Made by a program: the position numbers and the translations under genes | Assembly: GCA_045598545.1 (NCBI GenBank) | Contig: JAZLMI010000005.1 | Coordinates: 7,665-71,664 of the forward strand | Source: Christensenellaceae bacterium | Lineage (GTDB): Bacteria > Bacillota > Clostridia > Christensenellales > Borkfalkiaceae | DNA length: 64,000 nucleotides | Direction of reading: 5' to 3' | The notes under the pieces: model-generated | Databases searched by the model: none | Told to the model about the DNA's origin: nothing | What the model saw: the letters and a program-made list of their open reading frames with translations, nothing else | Shown here: positions 28,792-38,645 of the stretch, piece by piece | Layout: every line of letters begins with the position of its first letter | How positions within the stretch are numbered: position 1 is the stretch's first letter

Positions 28792-29500
28792 ATTTACTCG
28801 GTTTTATAATGGTAACCGATTTTTCGGTATCGAATAAATTCCACGGGGTTTCGGTTTTTGGAGGCTGAACTCTAAACACCAACCTTTCTTTACTTATAGG
28901 GTGAGAGAAAGACAAATAATATGCCCAAAGAGCAAGATGTCCTTTTTTGGCATTTTCACCACCGTAACGCATATCTCCGTAAAGCGGAGTGCCTATCGCA
29001 TTCATTTGAACACGAATTTGATGGCTTCTACCCGTATGCAATCTGACGTCAACGAGAGAAAGTCCTTCTTGTTCTTCTAAAACCTCATAATCGAGTTCTG
29101 CTTTTTTAGCACCTTCAACGGTAGGTCCGCAAAGATACACCATATTGTTTACGGGATTCTTTTTTAAATAGTTGGTTAAAATTGCCTTATCTTCCTTTGG
29201 TTTACCCACTAAGACAGCGTAATATCGCTTTTCAAAATCTCCGTTTTTCATTTGTTCCGAAAGTCTTGCCGCCGCTTTTGATGATTTAGCGAACACCATA
29301 ACTCCACCGGTAGGTCTATCCAGTCTATGAACAAGCCCCAAATAAACGTTCCCTTTTTTGTCGTACGTTTTCCTTATGTACTCCTTAATAATCGTAAGCA
29401 TATCAAGGTCCTTACTTTCATCTTCGCAAGTAGGAACGTTTTGCGGTTTTAAAACCACTATTATATGATTGTCTTCGTGAAGTATAATTAAATCTTCCAT
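28790..29500 (-). CDS. RluA-family pseudouridine synthase (no S4 domain)
   Basis: HRLDRPTGG and GRSHQIR motifs. 236 aa. Confidence 0.88.
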   Translation of the reverse strand: MEDLIILHEDNHIIVVLKPQNVPTCEDESKDLDMLTIIKEYIRKTYDKKGNVYLGLVHRLDRPTGGVMVFAKSSKAAARLSEQMKNGDFEKRYYAVLVGKPKEDKAILTNYLKKNPVNNMVYLCGPTVEGAKKAELDYEVLEEQEGLSLVDVRLHTGRSHQIRVQMNAIGTPLYGDMRYGGENAKKGHLALWAYYLSFSHPISKERLVFRVQPPKTETPWNLFDTEKSVTIIKPSK

Positions 29501-29521
29501 AAAAAACCTTTTTAACTAAAA

Positions 29522-30382
29522 TTACTTAACGTTAGTCCAAATAGCCGAATTACCACAAGGCAGTATAACGCCTTGTTCTTCGGTTTTTAACCCGACTTCA
29601 TAAGCGTCCACTTTACCGCCGTGCTTTTTCCCTACCACTATTTCAAGTATATTCTTCATAACTTGCGGTTGAAGTCCCGTCGTATAACTGTTTATCAAGA
29701 AAAACAACGGATTATCCGAAAGCACTTGTTCCGTTAAAGTTACAAGCGGGAAAAGTTCGGCTTCTAATTTCCATACTTCCCCGTTTGTACCCCTTCCGTA
29801 AGAAGGCGGGTCCATAATAACGGCGTCGTACTTTCTTCCCCTTTTTATCTCTCTTTCAACGAATTTTTTACAATCGTCTATTATATATCTCACTTTGGGG
29901 TTAGAAACGTTAGAAAGTCTTACGTTTTCTCCTGCTCTTTCAACCATAGCCTTTGCCGAATCCACGTGACAAACCGAAGCACCTTCCTTAGCACAAGCAA
30001 CGGTAGCACCGCCGGTATATGCAAACAAATTCAAAACGTTTATTTCTCGGTTTGCGTTTTTAATAAGTTCACGCATATAATCCCAATTTACCGCTTGTTC
30101 GGGAAAAAGTCCGGTATGTTTAAACCCCATAGGCTTTACTTTGAAAGTTAAGTCTTTATAAGAAACCGTCCATTCATCGGGAATTTTTTTCTTAATCTGC
30201 CATTTCCCGCCACCCGTTTCGCTTCTTAAATATTTTGCGGAACAAGATTTTTCCATATCAAAAGAAGTCTTCCAAATAACTTGCGGGTCGGGTCTTAAAA
30301 GGGTTACGTCTTTCCAACGCTCGAGTTTATAACCGTCCCCCGTCGCTATTACGGAATAATCTTTCCATTCGGCAACTTTCAT
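29522..30382 (-). CDS. Class I SAM-dependent methyltransferase (RlmI/RlmK/YwbD-like)
   Basis: 286 aa. SAM-binding VLNLFAYTGG and acidic-loop/catalytic DPPS motif (IMDPPSYG). Confidence 0.8.
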   Translation of the reverse strand: MKVAEWKDYSVIATGDGYKLERWKDVTLLRPDPQVIWKTSFDMEKSCSAKYLRSETGGGKWQIKKKIPDEWTVSYKDLTFKVKPMGFKHTGLFPEQAVNWDYMRELIKNANREINVLNLFAYTGGATVACAKEGASVCHVDSAKAMVERAGENVRLSNVSNPKVRYIIDDCKKFVEREIKRGRKYDAVIMDPPSYGRGTNGEVWKLEAELFPLVTLTEQVLSDNPLFFLINSYTTGLQPQVMKNILEIVVGKKHGGKVDAYEVGLKTEEQGVILPCGNSAIWTNVK

Positions 30383-30383
30383 C

Positions 30384-33300
30384 TTAAACCTTTTTAATAA
30401 CTACGGTACAATTAGAACCGTTAATATCGAGTTCTTGCTTAAACCCGTCTTTTAAACCTTTTTCTATAACGTCCGCTAAAATTACTCTCTTTAAGTCTTT
30501 TCCGTTTATAAACGCATTATCTATTCTTGCGTCTTCGGTAGAATAGTAAACGCAAATTCTATCGGTTACTTCAAACCCTGCGTCTTTTCTCATAGTTTGA
30601 ATTTTTGAAATAAGTTCTCTTTCAACGCCCTCGTTCAATAATTCTTCGGTTACCTTGGTATCCATAACGACCGTAATTCCGTTATCGGAAGAAGAAGTAA
30701 ATCCTTCGGCACTTTCGGTAAATATTTGTAAATCTTCCAAAGAAAATTCAAATTCGTCGCCTTGATATTCGGTTTTATAAACCGCACCGCTCTTTACTTT
30801 TGCGACTAATTCAGATGCGTTACAAGTATCTAAAAACGCCTTAACTTTTCCGAGTTTTGCCCCGTATTTAGGTCCTAAAGTTTTAAGTTGCGGTTTAATT
30901 TTATAAGATACGAATTGAGAAGCGTCTTTTAAGTATTCGACTTCTTTAACGTTTAATTCGTCTTTTGCTATTTCTAAAAGTTCTTGATTTAACTCGGTTT
31001 TTCTTTCCGAGCAAACGAATACTTTTTTAAGGGGTTGACGGTTCTTAATGTTAGCTGAATTTCTGGAAGCACGTCCTAAAACTACTATATCCAAAACGTT
31101 TTGCATACCTTCTTCAAGTTTTTTGTCTATTGCACTTTCATCGGCTTTCGGGAAAGAACAAAGATGTACCGATATAGGTTCGTTTTTAAAGAACGGTACA
31201 ACTAAATTTTGATAAATAGATTCCGCCATAAACGGAGTAAACGGTGCGGAAAGTTTTGCCATAGTTACCAAAACCGTATATAGCGTAGTATATGCCGATT
31301 TTTTATCTTCGGTCATACCGTGTCCCCAATAACGTTCTCTTCCACGACGAACGTACCAATTAGAAAGGTCGTCGGTAAAATCAGAGAGCATTCTTGCACT
31401 AGCGGTTATATCGTAAGAAGCGAGTTTTTCGTCTACCGTTTTTATAAGGGTATTGAGTTTGGATAAAATCCATTTATCCATCAAAGTAAGTTTACAGTCT
31501 TCAAGTTTATAATCGGCAGGATTATACTTATCGATTTCAGCATACAAAACGAAGAAGGCGTAAGTATTCCATAAAGTTCCCATAAACTTTCTCTGTGATT
31601 CGGAAACAGCCTCTTCGTAAAATCTCGAAGGAAGCCAAGGATTAGAACCCGTATAGAAATACCATCTTACCGCATCTGCACCCTGCTTGTCCAAAACTGA
31701 CCACGGGTCTACGACGTTTCCTTTGTGTTTACTCATTTTTATACCGTTTTTATCGTTAACGTGTCCCAAAACTATACAGTTTTTGAAAGGTGCTTTATCG
31801 AACAAAAGGGTAGATATCGCAAGCAAGGTATAGAACCAACCTCTCGTTTGGTCTATCGCTTCCGAAATAAAGTCCGCAGGGAAATGCTTTTCGAAAAGTT
31901 CTTTATTTTCAAACGGATAATGATATTGAGCAAAAGGCATAGAACCGGAATCAAACCAACAATCCATAACTTCCTTTTCTCTGATAAACGTTCCACCGCA
32001 TTCACACTCGAAAGAGCAATCGTCTATATACGGACGGTGAAGTTCTATATCACCTTCAATATGGCAAAGTTCTTTTAATTCTTGCTTGCTTCCGATAACG
32101 TGAACTTTACCGCATTTATTACAAACCCAAACGGGAAGAGGCGTACCCCAATAACGTACACGGGAAATACCCCAGTCTATAACGTTTTCAAGGAAGTTAC
32201 CCATACGTCCGTTTTTAATTGTTTCGGGCATCCAGTTAATTGAATCGTTAGCCTTTAAAAGTCTATCCTTTACGGCAGTCATTTTAATAAACCAACTTTC
32301 TCTCGGATAATAAATAAGAGGAGTATCGCAACGCCAACAGAAAGGATAACTATGGGTAAATTCCATAGTCTTAAACAAAAGTCCTCTTTCTTTTAAGTCC
32401 TTAATTATAAGTTTATCTGCGTCTTTAACGAATATTCCGCTTAAAAATCCGCAACGTGAATCCAACTTGCCCGCCGTATCTACGAGTTTAATGGAAGGAA
32501 GATTATATCTATCCCCTACGACGTGGTCGTCTTCACCGTAAACGGGAGCGATATGAACGATACCAGTACCGTCTTCCATAGTAACGTAATCGGCGTTGGT
32601 TACGTAATAAGCCTTTTGTCCTTTTTCTTGTATTTCCTTTTCTACGAAATCGAATAAAGGAATATATTCTTGATATTCGTAATCTTTACCCGTTTTTTCG
32701 GATAAAACTTCATAATTTTCAAAGTACTTATCTACTAACGCTTTCGCTAAAATATAATGAGTCCCGTCTTCAACTTTTATTTCGACGTAAATCTCTTTTG
32801 GATTCATACAAAGTGCCATATTGTTAGGAAGCGTCCAAGGAGTAGTAGTCCAAGCAAGGAAATAGGTATTTTCTAAATTTTTAGCCTTAAATCCTACGAA
32901 CACGGAAGTTTCTTTTACGTCTTTATAACCTTGAGCAACTTCGTGAGAAGAAAGTGCCGTTCCGCAACGTGGACAATAAGGAACAATCTTGTATCCCTTA
33001 TACAAAAGTCCTTTTTCAAATATAGTTTTAACGGCCCACCAAACGGACTCTATATATTTATCGTCGTAAGTAACGTAAGGGTTATCCATATCCGCCCAAT
33101 AACCTACACGGTCGGACATTTTTTCCCACTCGGTTTTATATTTCCAAACGGATTCCTTACATTTTTTAATGAAGGGTTCTATTCCGTATTTTTCTATTTC
33201 GGGTTTACCGTCTATTCCCAAAAGTTTTTCAACTTCAAGTTCCACTGGAAGTCCGTGAGTATCCCAGCCTGCCTTTCTTAAACAGTGTTCGCCCTTCATA

Positions 33301-33518
33301 ACACGGTATCTCGGAATTATATCCTTTATAACACGGGTTAAAATATGCCCTATATGAGGCTTACCGTTAGCGGTAGGAGGTCCGTCGTAAAAAGTGAATT
33401 CTTTTTGCCCGTCGTTTTCCTGTAAATTTTTTTCAAAAATTTTGTTTTGTTTCCAAAATTCAAGAACTTCTTTTTCTCTGTCTAAAAAATTGAGAGAAGT
33501 TTCAACTTTTTTGTACAT
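30384..33518 (-). CDS. ileS: Isoleucine--tRNA ligase, type 2 (long, eukaryote-like form)
   Basis: HIGH (PHIGH) and KMSKS-like (KMSKH) motifs, CP1 editing domain, about 1044 aa. I prefer the start MYKKVETSL (ATG 33518), because a TTTACA-17-TATACT promoter overlaps the longer track start. Confidence 0.95.
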   Translation of the reverse strand: MYKKVETSLNFLDREKEVLEFWKQNKIFEKNLQENDGQKEFTFYDGPPTANGKPHIGHILTRVIKDIIPRYRVMKGEHCLRKAGWDTHGLPVELEVEKLLGIDGKPEIEKYGIEPFIKKCKESVWKYKTEWEKMSDRVGYWADMDNPYVTYDDKYIESVWWAVKTIFEKGLLYKGYKIVPYCPRCGTALSSHEVAQGYKDVKETSVFVGFKAKNLENTYFLAWTTTPWTLPNNMALCMNPKEIYVEIKVEDGTHYILAKALVDKYFENYEVLSEKTGKDYEYQEYIPLFDFVEKEIQEKGQKAYYVTNADYVTMEDGTGIVHIAPVYGEDDHVVGDRYNLPSIKLVDTAGKLDSRCGFLSGIFVKDADKLIIKDLKERGLLFKTMEFTHSYPFCWRCDTPLIYYPRESWFIKMTAVKDRLLKANDSINWMPETIKNGRMGNFLENVIDWGISRVRYWGTPLPVWVCNKCGKVHVIGSKQELKELCHIEGDIELHRPYIDDCSFECECGGTFIREKEVMDCWFDSGSMPFAQYHYPFENKELFEKHFPADFISEAIDQTRGWFYTLLAISTLLFDKAPFKNCIVLGHVNDKNGIKMSKHKGNVVDPWSVLDKQGADAVRWYFYTGSNPWLPSRFYEEAVSESQRKFMGTLWNTYAFFVLYAEIDKYNPADYKLEDCKLTLMDKWILSKLNTLIKTVDEKLASYDITASARMLSDFTDDLSNWYVRRGRERYWGHGMTEDKKSAYTTLYTVLVTMAKLSAPFTPFMAESIYQNLVVPFFKNEPISVHLCSFPKADESAIDKKLEEGMQNVLDIVVLGRASRNSANIKNRQPLKKVFVCSERKTELNQELLEIAKDELNVKEVEYLKDASQFVSYKIKPQLKTLGPKYGAKLGKVKAFLDTCNASELVAKVKSGAVYKTEYQGDEFEFSLEDLQIFTESAEGFTSSSDNGITVVMDTKVTEELLNEGVERELISKIQTMRKDAGFEVTDRICVYYSTEDARIDNAFINGKDLKRVILADVIEKGLKDGFKQELDINGSNCTVVIKKV

Positions 33519-33554
33519 TGCAATATACCCCGATAATAGTTTTATACCTAGATA

Positions 33555-33583
33555 AGTATACAAATATTTACAAGTTTTGTAAA
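33555..33583 (-). promoter_or_regulatory. Putative ileS promoter
   Basis: On the minus strand: TTTACA (33583-33578), 17-nt spacer, TATACT (33560-33555). This leaves a leader of only about 30 nt. Confidence 0.45.
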
Positions 33584-33621
33584 GTTTTTTTTATCATATT
33601 TACTTTTTTTAATCAAAAAAC

Positions 33622-33650
33622 TTGATTTAATCTTAAATTTAAGATAGAAT
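33622..33650 (+). promoter_or_regulatory. Promoter of the SRP RNA gene
   Basis: TTGATT (33622-33627), 17-nt spacer, TAGAAT (33645-33650), placing the TSS near 33656. Confidence 0.55.
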
Positions 33651-33654
33651 ATTA

Positions 33655-33922
33655 TAGCCGTGCTATGTGGGGAGTTAGCGATGCCCTGTAATCCGCAATT
33701 CGCTTAGCGGAGCAGAACACCGTTTGAGGCTTAACCGGTGGAAGGCAGGATAAAATAAGGAATGTTGATTTTAAGGTCTTATGCAATAGGTTCCCGTGAA
33801 CCGTGTCAGAGTAGGAATACAGCATCACTAAACGGATAAATCTATGTGCCATAAGGTTGCTTTAAAGGAGTTACCTGTTTTGTTACCGCTTCGGCCCGTT
33901 ATTTCGATTTCGGTGCACGGTT
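33655..33922 (+). ncRNA. ffs: Signal recognition particle RNA, long Bacillus-type (Alu + S domains)
   Basis: GCCGUGCUAUGUGGGGAGUUAGCGAUGCCCUGUAAUCCGCAAUUCGCU parallels B. subtilis scRNA GCCGUGCUAAGCGGGGAGGUAGCGGUGCCCUGUACCUGCAAUCCGCU. The S domain reads GAACCGUGUCAG-AGUA-GGAA-UACAGCAUCA (GGAA tetraloop). The 3-prime end CGGUGCACGG pairs with the 5-prime GCCGUGC and is followed by U7. Confidence 0.85.
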
Positions 33923-33934
33923 TTTTTGTAAAAT

Positions 33935-33961
33935 AAAGGCTTACCGAAAGGTAAGCCTTTT
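33935..33961. terminator. Bidirectional terminator (end of pot operon, back-stop for ffs)
   Basis: Stem AAAGGCTTACC/GGTAAGCCTTT with a GAAA loop, T/A-rich on both flanks. Confidence 0.7.
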
Positions 33962-33964
33962 ATC

Positions 33965-35455
33965 TTATATCATTTCTTTACTTATTATTTTATATTTGGA
34001 CTTTTTGATTTTTATTTTTTTATCGGGGTTAAACTTAAATATTTTATCCTTGAATCTATAAATGATAATGGCTATAACCACCAATAATATAACCACGCAT
34101 ATCATTATGATGGCAACGTCAGATAAAACCCCCATTTGAACTTTACTCCACATTTCGTTAAGTTTAACAAGTGATTCGGGAGAAAAATTATCCATTACCC
34201 CACAACGTTTTATAATTTCGTAATCGGGGTACTGAGCCGAAAATTCTCTACCTAACGTGTCAGTCGTTATAACGTAATCGGGATTAGAAACTCCCGTCGA
34301 AAAGAAATCTTCATCGAAAAAATAGGTTAAATCTATTTCGTACTCGCCTTCTTCTACGCCGTAACAATCGTTTATATATTCTAAAACGTCTTCTCCGCCT
34401 ACAACCGAAGTATAACCTATCGCTTCCATATTCCTTACGGCACTTTCGGGACGACATAAATAATCTATAAACTGCTTTGCGTACTCTTCTTGTTCTCCGC
34501 TTACCGATTTAGGCATTACCCAGCCGTCAAACCAAACGTTACTGCCTTCTTCCGGAACTACGTACCCTAAGGTAACACCGCCTTCATCGTCGCTTTCAAA
34601 CATAGAGTTTACGGCATCTCCGCTCCACGCAAGATTTATATCTATTTTGCCCGTTTGAATATCACTTTTACCGCTATCTACTTCAAATCCGAAAAGATTA
34701 TCTTTTAAAGAAAGTAAAGCGTCTTCTACTAACGATATAGTATCGTCGTCGGTTCTATTAAATATTTCGGCAATTTTGCTACTGTATCCGTTTTCGCCGT
34801 CAAAAGGAATTTCTCCACGCTCGAATTGACCTTTTAATTCCATAAGCTCTTCTTCGTATACACGGGCTAAAACCATAAAATAAGTGTCTCTCAAACTGTC
34901 TTTAATAGTAACTCTTCCCGTATACTTTGAATCCCAAATAGCATTCCAGTGATTGAGTGCTTCTTCGGAAATTTTATCCATATTATATAAAAATCCCAAA
35001 GTACCCCACATATACCCTATCGCATAGCAAGAAGTATCGTCGGCAAGGTCTAACGTCTTAAACACTCTTCTTATATAAGGCGAAATGTTTTGGTAATTTT
35101 CCATATCGGTAAAGTCGAATTTCTTTATAAGATTTTCCGAACGCATTTTCATAATCATATATTCAGAAGGACATAAAAGGTCGCAACAATTCGGGTCCTT
35201 TATTAGTTCGTTATACATTTCTTCGCAAGTCGAAAAAGTATAATACTCAACGTGAATACCCGTTTCGTCTTCAAAATCGTCTAAAATATCCGTATTGCCC
35301 GTATAAGTACCGTCGTCTATATAATCTTCCCAAGAATAAACCGTTATAGTTTTACCTTCCGCAAAAACTTCTTTTACGGGAGAAATATTAAAAGAAAATA
35401 TAAGGATAAACAAAGAAAAAATCAAAGAAAAAATCTTATAAGAGGTTTTACTCAT
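33965..35455 (-). CDS. potD: Spermidine/putrescine-type ABC substrate-binding protein with an additional C-terminal TM anchor
   Basis: Signal peptide, PotD/PotF-like core, about 496 aa. The C-terminus carries a hydrophobic helix (AIIMICVVILLVVIAIIIY) and a basic tail. Lies in a potABCD-like operon. Confidence 0.8.
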   Translation of the reverse strand: MSKTSYKIFSLIFSLFILIFSFNISPVKEVFAEGKTITVYSWEDYIDDGTYTGNTDILDDFEDETGIHVEYYTFSTCEEMYNELIKDPNCCDLLCPSEYMIMKMRSENLIKKFDFTDMENYQNISPYIRRVFKTLDLADDTSCYAIGYMWGTLGFLYNMDKISEEALNHWNAIWDSKYTGRVTIKDSLRDTYFMVLARVYEEELMELKGQFERGEIPFDGENGYSSKIAEIFNRTDDDTISLVEDALLSLKDNLFGFEVDSGKSDIQTGKIDINLAWSGDAVNSMFESDDEGGVTLGYVVPEEGSNVWFDGWVMPKSVSGEQEEYAKQFIDYLCRPESAVRNMEAIGYTSVVGGEDVLEYINDCYGVEEGEYEIDLTYFFDEDFFSTGVSNPDYVITTDTLGREFSAQYPDYEIIKRCGVMDNFSPESLVKLNEMWSKVQMGVLSDVAIIMICVVILLVVIAIIIYRFKDKIFKFNPDKKIKIKKSKYKIISKEMI

Positions 35456-36249
35456 TTCGTCTTTCCTCCTTGAACTTTCTTTTTACCGTTTACGTTTAAG
35501 CCCACTACGACTAAAACCGTAAGTGCAAATATTATGGTTGTAAGAGCCCTATATATAGGAACTTTATTTTGCGAAGCTTTTGTTCCGTGAGCGATAAGTT
35601 TATATACCGCAGTAGAAATAGTATCGAATTCCAAGGGAGAAAGAGTTGCGGTAATAATATAATCGTCTAACGACAAAGTAATAGCGAGCATAAATCCCGT
35701 TAAAACGCCCGGAAGTATTTCGGGCAGAACCACTTTAAATATCGCTTGAACGGGAGTTGCCCCTAAGTCCAAAGCCGCTTCGTACAAACTACTGTCCATT
35801 TGTTTTAGTTTAGGCATTACCGACAAAAGAACAAAAGGAGCGGAAAGTATAATATGTCCAACGTAAAGCCCAAAATAAGACCTAAATCTAACTCCGATTA
35901 AGATGAAAGTCATAACCAAAGCACAAGCGGTAACTATTTCGGAATTAACGACGGGAACTTGAGATATTCCGTTTATTACTTTTCCGTATTTTTTCTTATT
36001 GTAAAATATTCCTATTGCACCCATAGTTCCTAAAACAGTCGCTATGACGGAAGAAATAAGTGCCAATAAGACGGTATTTAAAACCACTTCTTTTATTTGC
36101 CCGAGTTCCGCATACCATTTAAGCGAAAAACCCGTAAATATTCCTACTTGTGAACCTTCGTTAAAACTGTAAACCACCAAAATTATTATAGGAACGTATA
36201 TGAAAGCCAAAATCAATATTATGTACAAGAAAGACAAAAACTTTTTCAT
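35452..36249 (-). CDS. potC: Spermidine/putrescine ABC transporter permease PotC-like
   Basis: 265 aa, 6 TM, EAA-type loop (EAALDLGATP). Overlaps both neighbours by 4 nt. Confidence 0.88.
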   Translation of the reverse strand: MKKFLSFLYIILILAFIYVPIIILVVYSFNEGSQVGIFTGFSLKWYAELGQIKEVVLNTVLLALISSVIATVLGTMGAIGIFYNKKKYGKVINGISQVPVVNSEIVTACALVMTFILIGVRFRSYFGLYVGHIILSAPFVLLSVMPKLKQMDSSLYEAALDLGATPVQAIFKVVLPEILPGVLTGFMLAITLSLDDYIITATLSPLEFDTISTAVYKLIAHGTKASQNKVPIYRALTTIIFALTVLVVVGLNVNGKKKVQGGKTK

Positions 36250-37094
36250 AAATTAGTCCCCCTCGAATTATTATCTACCTTAAATTCACCTGTAAGCAAC
36301 ATAGTTAAGAACATAATAAGTAACATAATCAAAGAAATAGTTGCACCGGCATTTACATTAATCATAGTACCGTTTTCGCCCAAGAAACAACTTGCAATAA
36401 GTTTTCCTATTACGGAAAATCCCGAACCGCCTTTAAATGTATCGGTTATAACGTAACAACTCATAACGGGTAAGAACACCATCATTGCCCCGCTAATTAT
36501 TCCCGGAACAGAAAGCGGAACGGTAACTTTTAGAAACGTTTTTACTTTGTTTGCCCCTAAATCTTCGGAGGCTTCAATTAAACTTTTATCCATTTTTATT
36601 AAAGTAGAATAAAGAGGCATAACCATAAAGGGCAAGAAGTCGTACACCAAACCTATTATGTTGGCGGTAGAGCCCATTTTAATACCCAAAAGGACTAAAA
36701 TTTCCTTCATAGCCATAGCACGCAAAACGAAATTTATCCACATAGGCATAATGAATAAAAGAAGGAATATGAAAGCGATTCTTCTCTTCATTTTAGCCAA
36801 AATGTAAGCGATAGGATATGCTAAAAGTAAGCAAATTGCCGTAACGCCGAGTGCGACCAAAATACTCGTTAAAAGAGTACTGATTTTAGTGGTATTTGAA
36901 AAAAATTCAATAAAGTTGTTAAAGGTAAATGCTCCGCTATTGTCGGTAAAAGCGTAATATATAACTATAAATAGCGGAAAAACAACGAATAATATCAAAA
37001 ACAGTCCGTAAGGAATACATAATTGTCCACGGGAAAAAGAAAATCTAAAACGAGATTTTTTATTTTTCTCACAAGAAACGGTTTCGTTTGTCAT
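36246..37094 (-). CDS. potB: Spermidine/putrescine ABC transporter permease PotB-like
   Basis: 282 aa, 6 TM, EAA loop (EASEDLGANK). Confidence 0.88.
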   Translation of the reverse strand: MTNETVSCEKNKKSRFRFSFSRGQLCIPYGLFLILFVVFPLFIVIYYAFTDNSGAFTFNNFIEFFSNTTKISTLLTSILVALGVTAICLLLAYPIAYILAKMKRRIAFIFLLLFIMPMWINFVLRAMAMKEILVLLGIKMGSTANIIGLVYDFLPFMVMPLYSTLIKMDKSLIEASEDLGANKVKTFLKVTVPLSVPGIISGAMMVFLPVMSCYVITDTFKGGSGFSVIGKLIASCFLGENGTMINVNAGATISLIMLLIMFLTMLLTGEFKVDNNSRGTNL

Positions 37095-38602
37095 TTTTCT
37101 ATCTCCTGTTTAAGCGAAAGTCTGATTTCGTACGACGGAATTATAACGGAAACCCTGTCGTTTTCGTTCCAAGTATCTTCGGTATCAAAAACAAAGTCTT
37201 CTTCGTCTTCGGTTCTAACGGTAAGTTGATAGTGGTCGCCTTTATAAATAATGGAAACAATATTTCCTACAACTGCACCTAAATCTGCGTCGTCTGAAAT
37301 TTCTATGCCTTTCAAACTTACTTCAACGTTTACGTCCACGTCAGTTAAATCTAATTTAGTACCGTCTTTGGTAATTAAATATCCGTCTTCATCCAAAGTA
37401 GAATTCGGATAAAGTTGAGTAACGTCGCACTCGAACTCCCCACCTGCAAAACATACTGTATTCTTCTTGGTTATGTAACCTTCGTACTTGTTGGAATTTA
37501 CACTCTTTTCCATTATGTGAATACCGTCTGGTTTTATAGTCAAACTTACTTTTTCGCCAACCTTTCTTTCTACGGTACTTTGAATTACTACTTCGTTTTT
37601 ACCGACTTTCATTACCATTTCGTAATGAACGCCTTTAAATATGGAAGAAATAATTTCCCCGTCTACTTGTCCCTTGCCCGCATCTTGAAGAATAATATCT
37701 TCGGGACGAACTACGACGTCGACCTTATCGCCCATTTTAAAATCGTCTACACAATCAAAGATGTTGCTATTCATAAATTTAACTTTTCTTTCGCCAACCA
37801 TAATTCCGACGAAAATGTTACTTTCGCCTATAAAATCGGCAACAAAAGAGTTTTTCGGTTCGTTATAAATATCGGTGGGCGTTCCCATTTGTTGAATTAC
37901 GCCGTCCTTCATAACGACTATAGTATCCGACATCGTAAGTGCTTCTTCTTGGTCGTGAGTAACGTAAATAAAAGTAATGCCTAATTTCTTATGCATTTCT
38001 TTAAGTTCCAACTGCATATCTTTTCTCATTTTTAAGTCGAGAGCACCTAAAGGTTCGTCTAAAAGAAGTATTTTCGGTTCGTTAACCAAAGCCCTTGCGA
38101 TAGCAACCCTTTGTTGTTGACCGCCGGAAAGGGTAGAAACATCTCTTTTCTCAAAGCCTTCTAAGTCCACCATTTTAAGGACTTTTTTAACCTTTTCGTT
38201 TATCTCGGCACGAGAAAGTTTTTTAATTTTAGAAAAAGTAGTGCCGTCTTCCTTTTGGTAGGTAACTTTTTCTTTTTTGAGTTTTAGCCCAAAAGCAATA
38301 TTATCGAATATATTTAAATGCGGAAAAAGTGCATATCGCTGGAATACCGTGTTTATAGGACGCTTATTCGGAGCCAAAGCACTTATATCTTTCCCATTTA
38401 AAAGAATGGAACCGGAAGTAGGTTTATCAAACCCCGCTATCATACGTAAAGTCGTAGTCTTTCCACAACCACTAGGCCCTAAAAAAGTCAAGAACTCTCC
38501 TTTATTTACGGAAAGATTTACGTTGTCGACTGCAACCGTACCGTCTTCAAAGGTACGGCAAAGATTTTTTAATTCTATTATCTTTTCTTTTGTTTCGGAC
38601 AT
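37091..38602 (-). CDS. potA: Spermidine/putrescine ABC ATPase PotA-like with an extended, duplicated C-terminal regulatory region
   Basis: Walker A GPSGCGKTT, LSGGQQQR, LLLDEPL. 503 aa versus about 370 typical. Two successive TOBE-like beta segments follow the NBD. Confidence 0.88.
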   Translation of the reverse strand: MSETKEKIIELKNLCRTFEDGTVAVDNVNLSVNKGEFLTFLGPSGCGKTTTLRMIAGFDKPTSGSILLNGKDISALAPNKRPINTVFQRYALFPHLNIFDNIAFGLKLKKEKVTYQKEDGTTFSKIKKLSRAEINEKVKKVLKMVDLEGFEKRDVSTLSGGQQQRVAIARALVNEPKILLLDEPLGALDLKMRKDMQLELKEMHKKLGITFIYVTHDQEEALTMSDTIVVMKDGVIQQMGTPTDIYNEPKNSFVADFIGESNIFVGIMVGERKVKFMNSNIFDCVDDFKMGDKVDVVVRPEDIILQDAGKGQVDGEIISSIFKGVHYEMVMKVGKNEVVIQSTVERKVGEKVSLTIKPDGIHIMEKSVNSNKYEGYITKKNTVCFAGGEFECDVTQLYPNSTLDEDGYLITKDGTKLDLTDVDVNVEVSLKGIEISDDADLGAVVGNIVSIIYKGDHYQLTVRTEDEEDFVFDTEDTWNENDRVSVIIPSYEIRLSLKQEIEK

Positions 38603-38645
38603 ATCAGTTACCTTCTTACAAAAAATTTTTTATATCTTTATTTTA

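Noticed and set aside
33652-33852. 66-aa ORF from the track (minus strand).
   Set aside because: It lies entirely inside the SRP RNA gene, has no SD, and its composition is implausible for a protein.
33564-33964. T-box riboswitch leader for ileS, expected in Firmicutes because of the long upstream non-coding region.
   Set aside because: On the minus strand I found no T-box sequence (AAUUAGGGUGGUACCGCG-type), no specifier/terminator architecture and no U-tract hairpin before ileS. The region instead matches SRP RNA on the plus strand.
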